Shown piece after piece: positions 23,801 to 32,530 of a stretch of 64,000 nt of DNA. Position 1 is the stretch's first letter, and each line of letters begins with the position of its first letter. Below the pieces are notes generated by a model. It was not told where the DNA came from, did not search any database, and was given only the letters and a program-made list of their open reading frames with translations. The DNA is from a virus, in the IMG/VR virus record IMGVR_UViG_3300022752_000020, positions 95,921-159,920 of that record, one strand, 5' to 3'. Both the position numbers and the translations under genes were made by a program.

Positions 23801-26800
23801 TTAAGGATAACAAACGAGATGGTAAATTGTATCTCTACACTAAAAAAGCAAACACTTATAGTTGGCAAAAGTATATTCAACAACAACCCAATATTAAACT
23901 AGATTGGTTTAAAAAGATATTTGTTTATAATAAAAAGAATAACAGTTTTATAAGTTATCTTGATATAATTGATCCTGTACAGGGTAAGATAGCAGGGGTA
24001 GCAGAACAGGAATTAAAGTTTAAAACTTACTACGATCCTGCTACATATTCCTTCAAAAATAGTACATTTAGTAAAACAGTAGCAGTAGATAGAGGTATAG
24101 CTTGGACAGATAAACATGTTGGAATGTTATGGTGGGATCTACGACGTGCTAAATTTTTAGATGCAGGATTAGGTGATGTTGTTTATAATAACAGTGTATG
24201 GAATACGTTATTCCCAACAGCCAGTATTGACATCTATGAATGGGTGGAAAGCAAATTATTACCCAGTAAATGGGATACATTAGCTGACACTGTTGAAGGA
24301 TTTGCTGATGGCATTAGTGGAACTAGTTTATATGGTGATAATGTATACAGTACCAAAACTAGTTATGATACTTTAGGTAAAAAAAATATAACAACTTACT
24401 ATTTTTGGGTAAAAAATAAACGCATAACACCCAATATAAAGGATAGAAAATATAGTGCTTCGGATGTAGTCAGTTTAATTGAAAATCCTAAAAATTACAA
24501 TATAAAATATATTCAATTTACATCAAGAAATAGTTGGGGATTAGTCAATGTTAAAAATGTTTTAGATAAAAAGGATGTAGCCTTAAGTGTGCAATATTGG
24601 AATTATGAACCAGATGATCTTAAGATACACAGTGAATTTAAAATATTGAGTAATAATGAAAAAACTGTAATACCAGCTAGTATTGAGGAAAAATGGTTTG
24701 ATAGTCTAGTAGGGTTTGATAAAAAAGGACGTATGTTACCAAATTTAAAATTAAGTCCTAAACTTAGATATGGGATAGAAAATAAACCAAACCAAACTAT
24801 GTTTGTTAATAGATTGGAAGCATTAAAGATTTTTATAGAAAATTTAAATTACGAATTAAAAGATATTCAAATAGACAATGTTGATCTACAAGATTTATAT
24901 CTAAAAGATAATATTCCTGAATTTAAATTTGGATATTATGATTATGTTAAAGATTTTTATGAAGAATTAGTTTATATTGTTGTTCAAACCTTTCAACCTG
25001 GATCATTATTACCTATTATATCAAACGGTAGACTTAGCAGTGTAAAAATATTAAGTCCAGGATCAGGTTATAAATCTGCACCAATAGTTAAAATAAAAGG
25101 TAAAGGATATGATGCAGAAGTTAAAACTCAAATAAACTCATCGGGTTCAATTACAAATGTTAAAATAGTATCAAGTGGTTACGGATACTTAGATGATACA
25201 GAACTTGAAATCAGGCCATTAAGTGTGCTAATTCGTAGTGACAAGTATACTTTGAATGATTGGGCCATATATCATTATATTAACGGAAATTGGATCAAAG
25301 CGAAAACTAAACAATATGATGTCACAGATTACTGGTATTTTATAGATTGGTATGCAAAAGGGTATAATCAATATACTAAAATTGATTATATAGTTAAAGG
25401 ATTCAATGAATTATTAAGCCTAAAAGCTAATATTGGAGATATTGTTCAAATTGAAAATACGCAGGGTACCACAAATTGGACACTGGCGGAAAAAATATCA
25501 AATGATTTAGCTATTGATTATACTAAAATTTATAAAGTTGTTGGAAAGAAAAACGGTGCTATTCAAATAAGCAATAATTTTTATAATTTTAAGTTAAACG
25601 AACAGGGTTATGATGGTTTATTATATGATAGTGATTTATATGATCGAGTTGGAACTATTGAGTTAAAAACTATATTAGATGCCTTAAAAAATAAAATTTT
25701 AATAGACAATCGTAGAAGCATTTATATGAACCTATTTTTCAGTAGTCTGAAGTATATTCTAAAAGAACAACCTTTTGTAGATTGGTTCTTTAAAACTAGC
25801 TTTGTTAAAGTGCTTCACAATGTAGGTGGACTAAAACAAAAAGTTACCTTTAATAACGATAATTTAAGTGATTACGAAAATTACATAAGAGAAGTAAAGC
25901 CATTTAGAACAAAAATAAGAGAATTTGTAAGCATATATGATAATACTGAAAATTCTAATAGTCTAATAACAGACTTTGATGTACCATCTTATGTGAGCCC
26001 AGCAAATGTTATAAGAAATTTATATACTGAATATCAAAATAGTAGTGTATATGTAAATGACAATGTATTGATCAATCAATATCCATATAAGTCATGGATT
26101 GATAATGTTGGATTTGGTATAAAAGAAGTTGTAATTGTTGATTCAGGTCAAGGATATATTGACTATCCTAATATCAAAATAACAGGTGCTTGTAAGAGAC
26201 CTGCTAAGATTAAAATTTATATAAGTAGAGCCAAAATTAGTAAAATTGATATTTTAGATGCAGGTGAAGGATATTTTACTCCACCTACAATTAAATTAGA
26301 AGGTCAATTTACTCAAGATGGATACGAAGCTAAAGTAATAGCAATATTAGGAAATAACCCAATTAGATCTAATCATATTGCAATGAAATTTGATAGATAT
26401 GCTAAGGAAACTATTGCAAACGTACAAGATATTAATGTTATAGAGAATTTTATAGGTGATTCAAGTACAACAAGTTTTATATTAAAATATAGTCCAGAAA
26501 TAATTAGAAACAAAATTAATGTTTATGTTAATAATGTCCAATTATTCAATAATCAATTTTCTATTACTAAAACAAGTAATAATGACAAAAAATATAAAGT
26601 TTATTTAGGAAATTTAATATTAACGAAAGCCCCAGTTGATAACGCCGCAATTAGAATAGAATATGTAAAAGATTTTAATAACCTTAATGCACTAGAAAGA
26701 ATCAAGCATTACTATACACCAACAGCAGGAATGCTGGGATTAGAATTTGATCAACTTATGACAGGTATAGATTATGCTGGAGTTAGTATTACAGGTATAG

Positions 26801-29628
26801 GATTTGATAAAGTTAATACTTGGGATGGAGAATATACTTGGAGCAGTAAAGGATGGGACGCAGGTGATCCTACAGATGACGAGCGATATGATATAATAAT
26901 TGACGGTGGTAATTTACCTAAATTAAATGCTGCCTACAGAACAGCTAATGGTATACGTGCAGAAGATATTATCATTGATGGGGATAGTTTTATTACTCCA
27001 ATGACTAGTCCAGCTCCAGAAGAAATGGTACCAGGACACACAGCAGATACATTGGCTATCAAAGTTTTTGAGCGTAATATCAGTGTAACTAGTGAAATAA
27101 ACTGTGTAAGATACATTACAGATGGTATATCTAATGAATTTAAACTGGACGTTTATCCTAATAATGAACAAGCTATTATAGTAAAACTAGATGATAATGT
27201 ACTAGATTCTAATCAATATGTATTTGATTATAACACATTAACACTAACTTTAATACAGACACCACCAATTAATAAAGATCTTAGCATAATTTGTTTTGGA
27301 TTTAATGGAAATAATTTGCTGGCCATAGATAAAGTAGTTGTTACTGAACGTAGCGATACTGTAATTTTAAATACAGATTGGCAGGATAATATCAGTGTAT
27401 ATACTGTTGTTGCTGGTGATCCGACTGATTGCATACCATTTCAAACATTTGGTGCCTATCAGTCTAATATACCCTACAAATTAAATGATAAAGTTGTCTA
27501 TCAAAATCAATTATTCCAATCTAACATTAATAATAATTTTAATAATGTTCCATTAATTTATAGTGAAAATGATAGAGCATTTATTGTAAACAATACTTTT
27601 TGGACTAAAATAAAAGATGGTGTAACTGCTTATGCAAATATAAACAAAATAGCAGTATTACTTCCAATTACAGTGGATGTAGGAGATGTAATTGTTTATA
27701 GTGTTTTCATTGGAGATACTAAAGATCAAAGTGTACTAACTAAAGAAATTGTAGTTTCTAATGGCACTAGTACTCAATATACCCTAAGTAATTTTGTTGG
27801 TTATAGTTTTCCCTTAGCCAGTAACACTCTAGTAAGAATTAATAATACTGTTCTTAACAGTATAGATCAATTTAAATTTACTCTAAAAAATAGAGTAACA
27901 AAATACATTATACCCCTTAATAAAGGTGATATAGATGTTTACTCTAGTAATGATTATGAAGTTTATATTAATTCTATTAAAGTACCTGATGCTATTGCAT
28001 ACACTTTGAACTTATTAGATAATACTATTACAATTAAACCTAATTATTATAGAGAAAATGCTGAAGTATTAGTTGCCATAACAAAATTTAGTGATTATAC
28101 TATAAGTAACGCCACAGGTAAATCTGTTTTAACACTAAGACAAACATATCCCGCAGGTACAAGAATTGAAGTTATAGCTATGACTAATCACGATATTTTA
28201 AAAATCAATCGTAATTATTTGACTATAGAAAAAAATGTTAATGCCCTAACAGATAATATCTATAAAGCTGTTTTAATGGAAGCCAGCGGAGGTATATTAT
28301 ACTTAGGACAAGAAATAGTTAATAGTAATTATGTTTGGGTAACCAAGAATAAACAACTATTAGTTCCTTTATTAGATTATCAACTTAGAGAAGATAAGAG
28401 TAGCATAAAATTATCTAAAACACCAAGCGAAAATGATGTTTTTGGTTTAATAACATTTACCAGTAATATAGTTCGTAATCCAGTTAGTTTTATGCAGTTT
28501 AAAGATATGTTAAATGACTTTAGTTATAAACGTCTTAACAAATATAGAACTACTAGATTAAAAAATAATCTTAATCAAAATGATAAAGAAATTATAATAG
28601 AAGATAGTGATCATATCGCAGACGGATTAAGAGACAGCAATACTTCTGGTGTAATATATGTTAATGGAGAAAGAATTGAATACTTTGTAAGAACTGGTAA
28701 TAAATTAAGTGAAATACGCAGAGGAACTAGAGGAACTGGAGTCCCCCAGATTCATAAAGCTGGTGTAGAAGTTTATGATATTGGTATAGCAGAAACTATA
28801 CCATATAGAGATACTACATCAATTTATAAAATTTTGGGAACATGGATACCTAGTTATAGATATCTAATAAACGATATTGTTACCTATAATAATGAAAACT
28901 GGATATCAATAACTGGAATTAATTATGACTTATGGACTGCTACTAAAACTTATAAGCTCAATCAACAAATAATCTTTAATCATAACTTATACATAGCTAT
29001 TAAAGACATAGATGGAACAGTAACCAATACTAATAAATCTCCAAACACTGAAAATACTTGGTGGCAATTAGAAAAAACAGGAGTAACACAATATCCTAGT
29101 TTGACTAATACAAATTGGGAAAAAACTAAAATAGCATATTTTGATGATTTTAGCTCTGTTAATGACCCATATGGGAAAATTGTATTACCTTGGATGCCTA
29201 TAGTACAAACTGATATAAACAATTCTAGCATAAAAACTGTATTAGATACTGAAATTTTTATTGGAACAGAAAGACTTAAAAAGGTACCGTATACAATACA
29301 TGATAGAAATATCAATCCACATAGTCCAGAAGGTGATGTAAACTACCCAAGAGATTTTGTAACTGATGCAACAAATCACAGCACAGTTAATGGCGAAGTT
29401 GTAGTATACATTAAATTAGAAAATGATGTAGCAGTAAATAGTAGAATAACTATAGTAAGAAAACAAGGCAGAGTTTGGAGCGATTTAGGATTTAGTTTGT
29501 CAGAATCAGCTAATAAAGTAGCTGAATTTTTGAAAGTAGATGTGGCTAAATTTCCAGGGACTAACCCAACTTTTGACAGTAGAGGTTATACTATAGACTC
29601 TGGAAATATTAGAACGGATGAGGAATAA
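14881..29628 (+). CDS. Giant baseplate/tail structural protein (4915 aa, gp7 position)
   Basis: Uninterrupted ORF coupled to gp6; N-terminal FLPQFY..D...KFL; GSGY repeats, FG-GAP-like repeats and W..Y..GD.V.Y repeats. Confidence 0.75.
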   Translation: MSDENTLGIPLDKNEKRKSERFLPQFYRTDSNKKFLSATVDPLIQRGTAKKLSGFIGRKNSKASKANDIFINEVNDERNNYQLEPCLTNEDILGNTTFFKDYIDYINTIDVFGGVTNNHQRLNVQEFYSWNPHICWDKFVNYLQYYWLPYGPETVRVNGTKTLDIVSTFKVEIVDEGDNFAYLMTPDALTRNPALRLYRGETYKFEINAEAHPLSIRTARVSSTSPEFRGSVSFNYNQHGSNNFVVDILTDFDVVHLEKQQKFVSSSTGLMRANVKAQDGTVRIINSSQTDHLTNVVSITPTAQNLLKIDDEVIFDSNISGSTGVLGSLEPNQTYYIKSFVYDNPPPPPEGIAPTPRKIIGFTLNYVPAVNLFAEVYVNGNKLKQSEFNFYTNDKRKRVLNIQSNIGQDDIVILDFFKLKENDQFRYFDGIKTFEYLNDKLVETKNFSVSKGILEFTVSADAPDVLYYVSNIDPNTSGLIKIFDITENTSIDVDAEIVGKINYTSRGIDLSNGMKIKFGGLVYPESYRDRDFFVEGVGEGIKLIDVKTLEVVTDIAYNVDVNFDTSGYDELAFNNINYAALDKDYIVINRSSRDRNPWTRYNRWFHKDVIEKTAKILGKVAVFDQSQRAIRPIIEFNPNLRLHNFGNTSKKNIDLVDNFTKDAFSTIEGSLGYIVDGIELFNGHRIIFTADSDIRVKNKIYKVEFINVFNEDTGITKRLIHLAEESDAIPHELETVLVLAGKEYGSNMVWFDGSNWLKGQAKTSLNQAPLFALFDKEGRALNDSNKYDGSTFIGTKLFSYRIGNGSIDKELGFSLTYKNINNIGDIVFDFNLSVDTFKYKQENKVVEESISNKFLQYYTASNELSLVNGWTRNNIENVQPIIRIFKQEYIEKNGLKQIQINNFPLDVFEDSIDLEDLRIKVYVNNKKLSETEYELYQGIDIKYIRLENDIENDDIVTLKIYTKKPKSTSKGYYEFPINFQNNPLNEDVTTFTLGEVIDHVDSIVDNVDSFYGIYPGPSNLRDIGYLSSKGTKFVQHSGSINLSLYHLANTDANIVRALEKSMFDYNNFKKSFMYNTEYLEEGLSDKDAVDKLLQSINQNKTMNMAYYFSDMLAYLGEKNTQFKIKEFVQTKFPLTENFTLTTMTPKAVYIYVNKQQLIYEKDYNFTGDGFVEIFIELKEDDIVDMYEYASTDGCFIPPTPTSLGLYPKYEPKIYLDTTLITPQYVIQGHDGSIILAFNDFRDNLILELEKRIFNNIKINYDPKILDIYDYIQGPNRPTSYSKDEFNQVLAPNFFKWTTYVDKDYTKSQLYIQSNPFTYNYSEIQSFDFTPLPGYWRGIYKWYFDTDRIHLCPWESLGFSIEPKWWQAVYGPAPYTSDNLILWNDLKEGLVREPNKPIRVINKFIKPVLENIPTNSNGALVNPIQANLATGLFNARTEKNYVFGDISPVENAWRRSSYYPFAMLKTMILLTPNRVFSVYFDRSRILRDQTGQLVYEPTGKRIKLKDILITNTINEQERVQTSGLVNYIVDYLITRKPQALENYKFDLKNLSNKIGHRLSGFSSEEKFNLILDSRNINSTTSVFVPKENYKIFLNTGSPTKKLFYSGVIITKLLTRYGLGYEIKGYSQNQPFFYYFPWSKSGYNINIGGISESYINYESNQTYVIGNIVKVLDNYYRVKISHNSGPNVDYTLLEKLPSLPIVGGVDAEFRSEFSSIPQVLNYGTILYSVQDVVDFILGYGEYLKSKGFIFDSYIAELKDVGRWELSSKEFMFWITQNWGTGKDYYDEWKPQTNYRSGDLIINNNLFYSVRQDHTTTEIFDVRNYIPVENIDSSGASAISLSPAALGISLGLQYNVVDNIISPLDYEIFKSDGSKYEPNDLNYYRDGNKFTIKPKNEEQGIYGVGFHLVQKEHVLVIDNVTQFNDIIYNTSTGYRQERLKIYGYKTIDWNGSFDSPGFVYDSAYLNEWSTWTDYNVGDIVKYKEFFYTATQRIDGTDEFNPSVWQRLSQTPTSKLLPNWDYKSLQFLDFYDLDSDNFDSNQQAIAQHLIGYQKRQYLNNIIKNDVSEFKFYQGMITEKGTLNSLNKLFDVLGPDNKESLEFLEEWAVRVGTYGATNTFDEIEFVLDEIKWKTEPQAFELVNEIDPTKKDYVIRQTENDLYLKPLNYSNNIWPIATDYTKFLKTPGFSKVEFAKLILDDLTDIITLQDTESIDINVGEYAWCGFQTKINQFGDDWNIFRYNKLDVTVSNVTVSTTNLIITFNVWPNFVIGDVVRFVSNYEKFNKFYRINNINQSSKTITVIKDKDFQINELQNNTVQTYAFNNQRYNDIDQVTIPKYVNTDTNLWPYGELLWFTDNGKNSIWKNTNVYKQEVITNFSNFDNQEFGYTVAVNEDSTVLAVMSRTDEVWRSSWQSGTTYQKNNLVYRDNKFWQCISATSTRAIFNPNKYITNVEIIESTPGQKIFTCDSVEYLQVGSLVEIVGVFVGSAQIIDHVDGKTYKVRQIINNANQNDFILENLDGSNLTLAVGVASSVSFLLKGDWTETNQSTRQVLIYVKPYLSTQWAKKQVIYAESNVFNFGSSINIDKNGRFISITGIRKKVSNNQLESAVYLYSIPQKIVTFSSNFRLTTGNRLDYVNNKIVIPGHLLSEGTLVKYSTSDTPLKGLENNQEYYVETLDSESFRLTRDVDLIDLIILQKSVSGTHYITNLNIAQNYSLTTIISNTETTDINFGSKVKFALVPNANPNLSYYKIYISSYEKGVFVYEYTSSIGPGLNIDNNNLTGFAYDFDVNSDGTRIVVSAPTQGKIFFYNNSYIPTSIIRTTSEGFGQSLSLNNDGSYLAASSPLEDGVKTDQGKVRIYKLTGSTYILDQTIEDRNPETNEEFGYYIKFINNQDNIAKTLVIYSRKADSFTLDTYDDVTYPQIGESNTVVDVGRIDIYDRYLTKYIYSESLPASNIPLTTPYSLAIGENTVILGNPNVLKDNKRDGKLYLYTKKANTYSWQKYIQQQPNIKLDWFKKIFVYNKKNNSFISYLDIIDPVQGKIAGVAEQELKFKTYYDPATYSFKNSTFSKTVAVDRGIAWTDKHVGMLWWDLRRAKFLDAGLGDVVYNNSVWNTLFPTASIDIYEWVESKLLPSKWDTLADTVEGFADGISGTSLYGDNVYSTKTSYDTLGKKNITTYYFWVKNKRITPNIKDRKYSASDVVSLIENPKNYNIKYIQFTSRNSWGLVNVKNVLDKKDVALSVQYWNYEPDDLKIHSEFKILSNNEKTVIPASIEEKWFDSLVGFDKKGRMLPNLKLSPKLRYGIENKPNQTMFVNRLEALKIFIENLNYELKDIQIDNVDLQDLYLKDNIPEFKFGYYDYVKDFYEELVYIVVQTFQPGSLLPIISNGRLSSVKILSPGSGYKSAPIVKIKGKGYDAEVKTQINSSGSITNVKIVSSGYGYLDDTELEIRPLSVLIRSDKYTLNDWAIYHYINGNWIKAKTKQYDVTDYWYFIDWYAKGYNQYTKIDYIVKGFNELLSLKANIGDIVQIENTQGTTNWTLAEKISNDLAIDYTKIYKVVGKKNGAIQISNNFYNFKLNEQGYDGLLYDSDLYDRVGTIELKTILDALKNKILIDNRRSIYMNLFFSSLKYILKEQPFVDWFFKTSFVKVLHNVGGLKQKVTFNNDNLSDYENYIREVKPFRTKIREFVSIYDNTENSNSLITDFDVPSYVSPANVIRNLYTEYQNSSVYVNDNVLINQYPYKSWIDNVGFGIKEVVIVDSGQGYIDYPNIKITGACKRPAKIKIYISRAKISKIDILDAGEGYFTPPTIKLEGQFTQDGYEAKVIAILGNNPIRSNHIAMKFDRYAKETIANVQDINVIENFIGDSSTTSFILKYSPEIIRNKINVYVNNVQLFNNQFSITKTSNNDKKYKVYLGNLILTKAPVDNAAIRIEYVKDFNNLNALERIKHYYTPTAGMLGLEFDQLMTGIDYAGVSITGIGFDKVNTWDGEYTWSSKGWDAGDPTDDERYDIIIDGGNLPKLNAAYRTANGIRAEDIIIDGDSFITPMTSPAPEEMVPGHTADTLAIKVFERNISVTSEINCVRYITDGISNEFKLDVYPNNEQAIIVKLDDNVLDSNQYVFDYNTLTLTLIQTPPINKDLSIICFGFNGNNLLAIDKVVVTERSDTVILNTDWQDNISVYTVVAGDPTDCIPFQTFGAYQSNIPYKLNDKVVYQNQLFQSNINNNFNNVPLIYSENDRAFIVNNTFWTKIKDGVTAYANINKIAVLLPITVDVGDVIVYSVFIGDTKDQSVLTKEIVVSNGTSTQYTLSNFVGYSFPLASNTLVRINNTVLNSIDQFKFTLKNRVTKYIIPLNKGDIDVYSSNDYEVYINSIKVPDAIAYTLNLLDNTITIKPNYYRENAEVLVAITKFSDYTISNATGKSVLTLRQTYPAGTRIEVIAMTNHDILKINRNYLTIEKNVNALTDNIYKAVLMEASGGILYLGQEIVNSNYVWVTKNKQLLVPLLDYQLREDKSSIKLSKTPSENDVFGLITFTSNIVRNPVSFMQFKDMLNDFSYKRLNKYRTTRLKNNLNQNDKEIIIEDSDHIADGLRDSNTSGVIYVNGERIEYFVRTGNKLSEIRRGTRGTGVPQIHKAGVEVYDIGIAETIPYRDTTSIYKILGTWIPSYRYLINDIVTYNNENWISITGINYDLWTATKTYKLNQQIIFNHNLYIAIKDIDGTVTNTNKSPNTENTWWQLEKTGVTQYPSLTNTNWEKTKIAYFDDFSSVNDPYGKIVLPWMPIVQTDINNSSIKTVLDTEIFIGTERLKKVPYTIHDRNINPHSPEGDVNYPRDFVTDATNHSTVNGEVVVYIKLENDVAVNSRITIVRKQGRVWSDLGFSLSESANKVAEFLKVDVAKFPGTNPTFDSRGYTIDSGNIRTDEE

Positions 29629-29630
29629 GC

Positions 29631-30899
29631 ATGGCCAAGCAAATAATTAATGTAGGTTCTAGACCAAATGATGGCACTGGAGACAGTATACGTAGAGCTG
29701 CAATCAAGATCAATGAAAACTTTACTGAAACTTATGATAATATTCAAAGTCTTCAAAGTACTATACAAACTATAAGCCTACAGCAAGGGTCTCAAGGTAT
29801 ACAAGGTATACAAGGTCGTCAAGGTATACAAGGTCGTCAAGGTATACAAGGTCGTCAAGGTACAACAGGAAGTCAAGGTACAACAGGAAGTCAAGGTACA
29901 ACAGGAAGTCAAGGTATACAAGGTCGTCAAGGTACAACAGGAAGTCAAGGTACAACAGGAAGTCAAGGTACAACAGGAAGTCAAGGTACAACAGGTAGTC
30001 AAGGTACAACAGGTAGTCAAGGTACAACAGGAAGTCAAGGTACAACAGGAAGTCAAGGTACAACAGGAAGTCAAGGTACAACAGGTAGTCAAGGTACAAC
30101 AGGAAGTCAAGGTACAACAGGAAGTCAAGGTACAACAGGAAGTCAAGGTATACAAGGTCGTCAAGGTATTTTAGGTAATCAAGGTACACAAGGTATTTTA
30201 GGTAATCAAGGTATACAAGGTATACAAGGTATTTTAGGTAATCAAGGTATACAAGGTCGTCAAGGTACACAAGGTATTTTAGGTAATCAAGGTATTTTAG
30301 GTAATCAAGGTATACAAGGTATTTTAGGTAATCAAGGTATACAAGGTATACAGGGAATTCAAAGTTTACAAGGAATTCAAGGAATTCAAGGTGCCAATGG
30401 TGTACAAGGTGCCAATGGTGCTACAGCAGCACAAGGTATTCAAGGTGCCAATGGTGTACAAGGTGCCAATGGTGTACAAGGTGCTCAAGGTACAGCAGGA
30501 AGTTCAGGTACCGGATCTGTAGGATCACGTACCACCGCACAAGCAACTACAAGCAGCATAGCCAATAATGCTAGTACTAGTTTAGATATTACTGGTTTTA
30601 AAGGTTATGTATTGTATAAAATACAGACTAGTCATGCTGCTTGGGTAAGATTATACGTATCAGCAGCAGCTAGGACAGCTGACGTAAGTAGAGCACAAGG
30701 TACTGATCCTGCTTATGATGCAGGTGTTGTTACTGAAATTATAACTACCGGGTCCAGCACTGTGATTATGGCTCCTGCTGTACATGGGTTTAATGATGAA
30801 AGCCCAGTTACTACAAACATACCAGTAGCTGTTACTAACCTAAGTGGTAGCTCAGCTACTATCACAGTGACACTAACTTTATTGCAGGTCGAATCATGA
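29631..30899 (+). CDS. Collagen-like tail fibre protein
   Basis: N-terminal INVGSRPNDGTGDSIR..AIKINENF baseplate-attachment motif (gp9/gp10 type) followed by about 80 Gly-X-Y triplets. Confidence 0.8.
   Translation: MAKQIINVGSRPNDGTGDSIRRAAIKINENFTETYDNIQSLQSTIQTISLQQGSQGIQGIQGRQGIQGRQGIQGRQGTTGSQGTTGSQGTTGSQGIQGRQGTTGSQGTTGSQGTTGSQGTTGSQGTTGSQGTTGSQGTTGSQGTTGSQGTTGSQGTTGSQGTTGSQGTTGSQGIQGRQGILGNQGTQGILGNQGIQGIQGILGNQGIQGRQGTQGILGNQGILGNQGIQGILGNQGIQGIQGIQSLQGIQGIQGANGVQGANGATAAQGIQGANGVQGANGVQGAQGTAGSSGTGSVGSRTTAQATTSSIANNASTSLDITGFKGYVLYKIQTSHAAWVRLYVSAAARTADVSRAQGTDPAYDAGVVTEIITTGSSTVIMAPAVHGFNDESPVTTNIPVAVTNLSGSSATITVTLTLLQVES
29784..30514 (+). repeat. Coding tandem repeat, 9/18-nt units encoding Gly-X-Y
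   Basis: CAAGGTACAACAGGAAGT, CAAGGTATA and CAAGGTATTTTAGGTAAT units in tandem, with no spacers. Confidence 0.95.
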
Positions 30900-32497
30900 A
30901 AGAATATGTGATCACCCTAAAAAACTTTGATGATCTGGATCAGTTCTATGATGACATGGAAACACCTGGCGGTAATCTGTATGTCCCAGATCGTAGTGTA
31001 GATATTGTCAATCGTAGACCTATTAGTCGTAATACCCATTATATGCTCAGTGATGAGGAAGCAGCTCAGATAAGAAATGATCCAAGAGTATTAGCCTGTG
31101 AGTTAACCCCAAGTCAGCTAGGTATTAGTATACGTCCATCATGGACACAATATAGTACATATTGGGATAAATCTACATCTAACAATTCTAATCATAAAAA
31201 TTGGGGATTATTAAGATGTGTTGAAGGCACTCAACGTAGTAACTGGGGTAATGATAGTATATTAACAACAAAAACTGTATCAGGAACTATTCAAGTTAAT
31301 GCCGAAGGACGTAACGTAGATGTAGTTATTATAGATGGATTTATCAATCCATCGCATCCAGAAATGGCTCTAAACAGTGATGGTGGTGGCGGCTCAAGAG
31401 TTGTTCAATATAACTGGTTACAACATCGTGCTACACCTGGAACTTATGTATATGGTCCATATACTGGAACTGGGGCCGAAAGTGATAATAATCATGGGAT
31501 GCATGTAGCTGGGACCGTAGCAGGCAATACTCAAGGTTGGGCTCGAAGTGCTAATATCTATAATATTAGTCCTTATAGCACAGACCCAAATGGTGTTAAT
31601 TCATTAGAGATTTTTGATTTCATAAGAGCTTGGCATGGTAGTAAATCTATCAATCCTGCTACTGGTAGAAAAAATCCAACAATAACTAATAATAGTTATG
31701 GGTTTTCTTATAAGCTAACCATTTCAAATATAAGTTCTATTACTAACAGAGGAATAACATACTCGAATGGATTAACCAGCTCTGCTCTTAATGCATTAGG
31801 TGTTATTAATGATGGCACGTATGCTTATACACCAGCTAGATATACTGCTTTTGAACAGGATATAATAGATGCAATGAATGATGGTATAATATGTGTTTGT
31901 TCTGCTGGTAATGCTAGTTATAAAATAGATAAATCAGATGGATTAGATTATAATAACTATTGCATTCACAGTGGATCTAATATACCTTATCATCAAGGCG
32001 GTGCTCCTATATCTGCTGGTAATATTATAGTTGTGGGTGCTATAGGAACAAGTGCTAATGATAGTAAGGCATCTTATAGTAATACTGGACCAAGAATTGA
32101 CATATATGCTCCAGGAAGTAGTATTATGAGTAGTCTTAATAGCACAGGAGTATACGATTCACGTAGTCTTTCTTATAGGATTGGAAAATACAGTGGGACA
32201 AGTATGGCCAGCCCACAAGTCTGCGGAGTGTTAGCCTGTTTACTAGAAATATACCCTAATCTTGCACAATCAGAGGCTATTGAATATTTGGAAAAATACA
32301 GCAAATATGGCCAAATCGCTGACACCAATGGTGGGTATTCGGATACAGCCAGTTTACAAGGATCGCCCAATAGATACCTTTATTACTATAAAGAACGTGC
32401 AGATACAGGCACAACTTGGCCTAAATTGAACTACAAAGCCAGACCTAGTACAGGAAGATTGTATCCAAGACAAAGAATTAGAAAAACTAGCGCATAA
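30896..32497 (+). CDS. Subtilisin-like S8 serine protease
   Basis: Catalytic triad motifs VVIIDG, HGMHVAGTVAG and GTSMASPQV, plus oxyanion SAGN; ATGA overlap with the collagen gene. Confidence 0.9.
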   Translation: MKEYVITLKNFDDLDQFYDDMETPGGNLYVPDRSVDIVNRRPISRNTHYMLSDEEAAQIRNDPRVLACELTPSQLGISIRPSWTQYSTYWDKSTSNNSNHKNWGLLRCVEGTQRSNWGNDSILTTKTVSGTIQVNAEGRNVDVVIIDGFINPSHPEMALNSDGGGGSRVVQYNWLQHRATPGTYVYGPYTGTGAESDNNHGMHVAGTVAGNTQGWARSANIYNISPYSTDPNGVNSLEIFDFIRAWHGSKSINPATGRKNPTITNNSYGFSYKLTISNISSITNRGITYSNGLTSSALNALGVINDGTYAYTPARYTAFEQDIIDAMNDGIICVCSAGNASYKIDKSDGLDYNNYCIHSGSNIPYHQGGAPISAGNIIVVGAIGTSANDSKASYSNTGPRIDIYAPGSSIMSSLNSTGVYDSRSLSYRIGKYSGTSMASPQVCGVLACLLEIYPNLAQSEAIEYLEKYSKYGQIADTNGGYSDTASLQGSPNRYLYYYKERADTGTTWPKLNYKARPSTGRLYPRQRIRKTSA

Positions 32498-32504
32498 TGA
32501 TTTT

Positions 32505-32512
32505 AATAAATA
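32505..32512 (+). promoter_or_regulatory. Late promoter box AATAAATA
   Basis: Upstream of the 32531 ORF. Confidence 0.5.
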
Positions 32513-32530
32513 TTTTGATAGAGAGTTAAC

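Noticed and set aside
29770-30270. Antisense ORFs with LYLDFL / TLTSCC repeats
   Set aside because: Shadow frames of the collagen repeat; the plus-strand frame has a recognisable N-terminal domain and fits the operon.
29784-30514. Possible CRISPR array
   Set aside because: The units are contiguous 9/18-mers with no unique spacers, in frame within a CDS; no cas genes.
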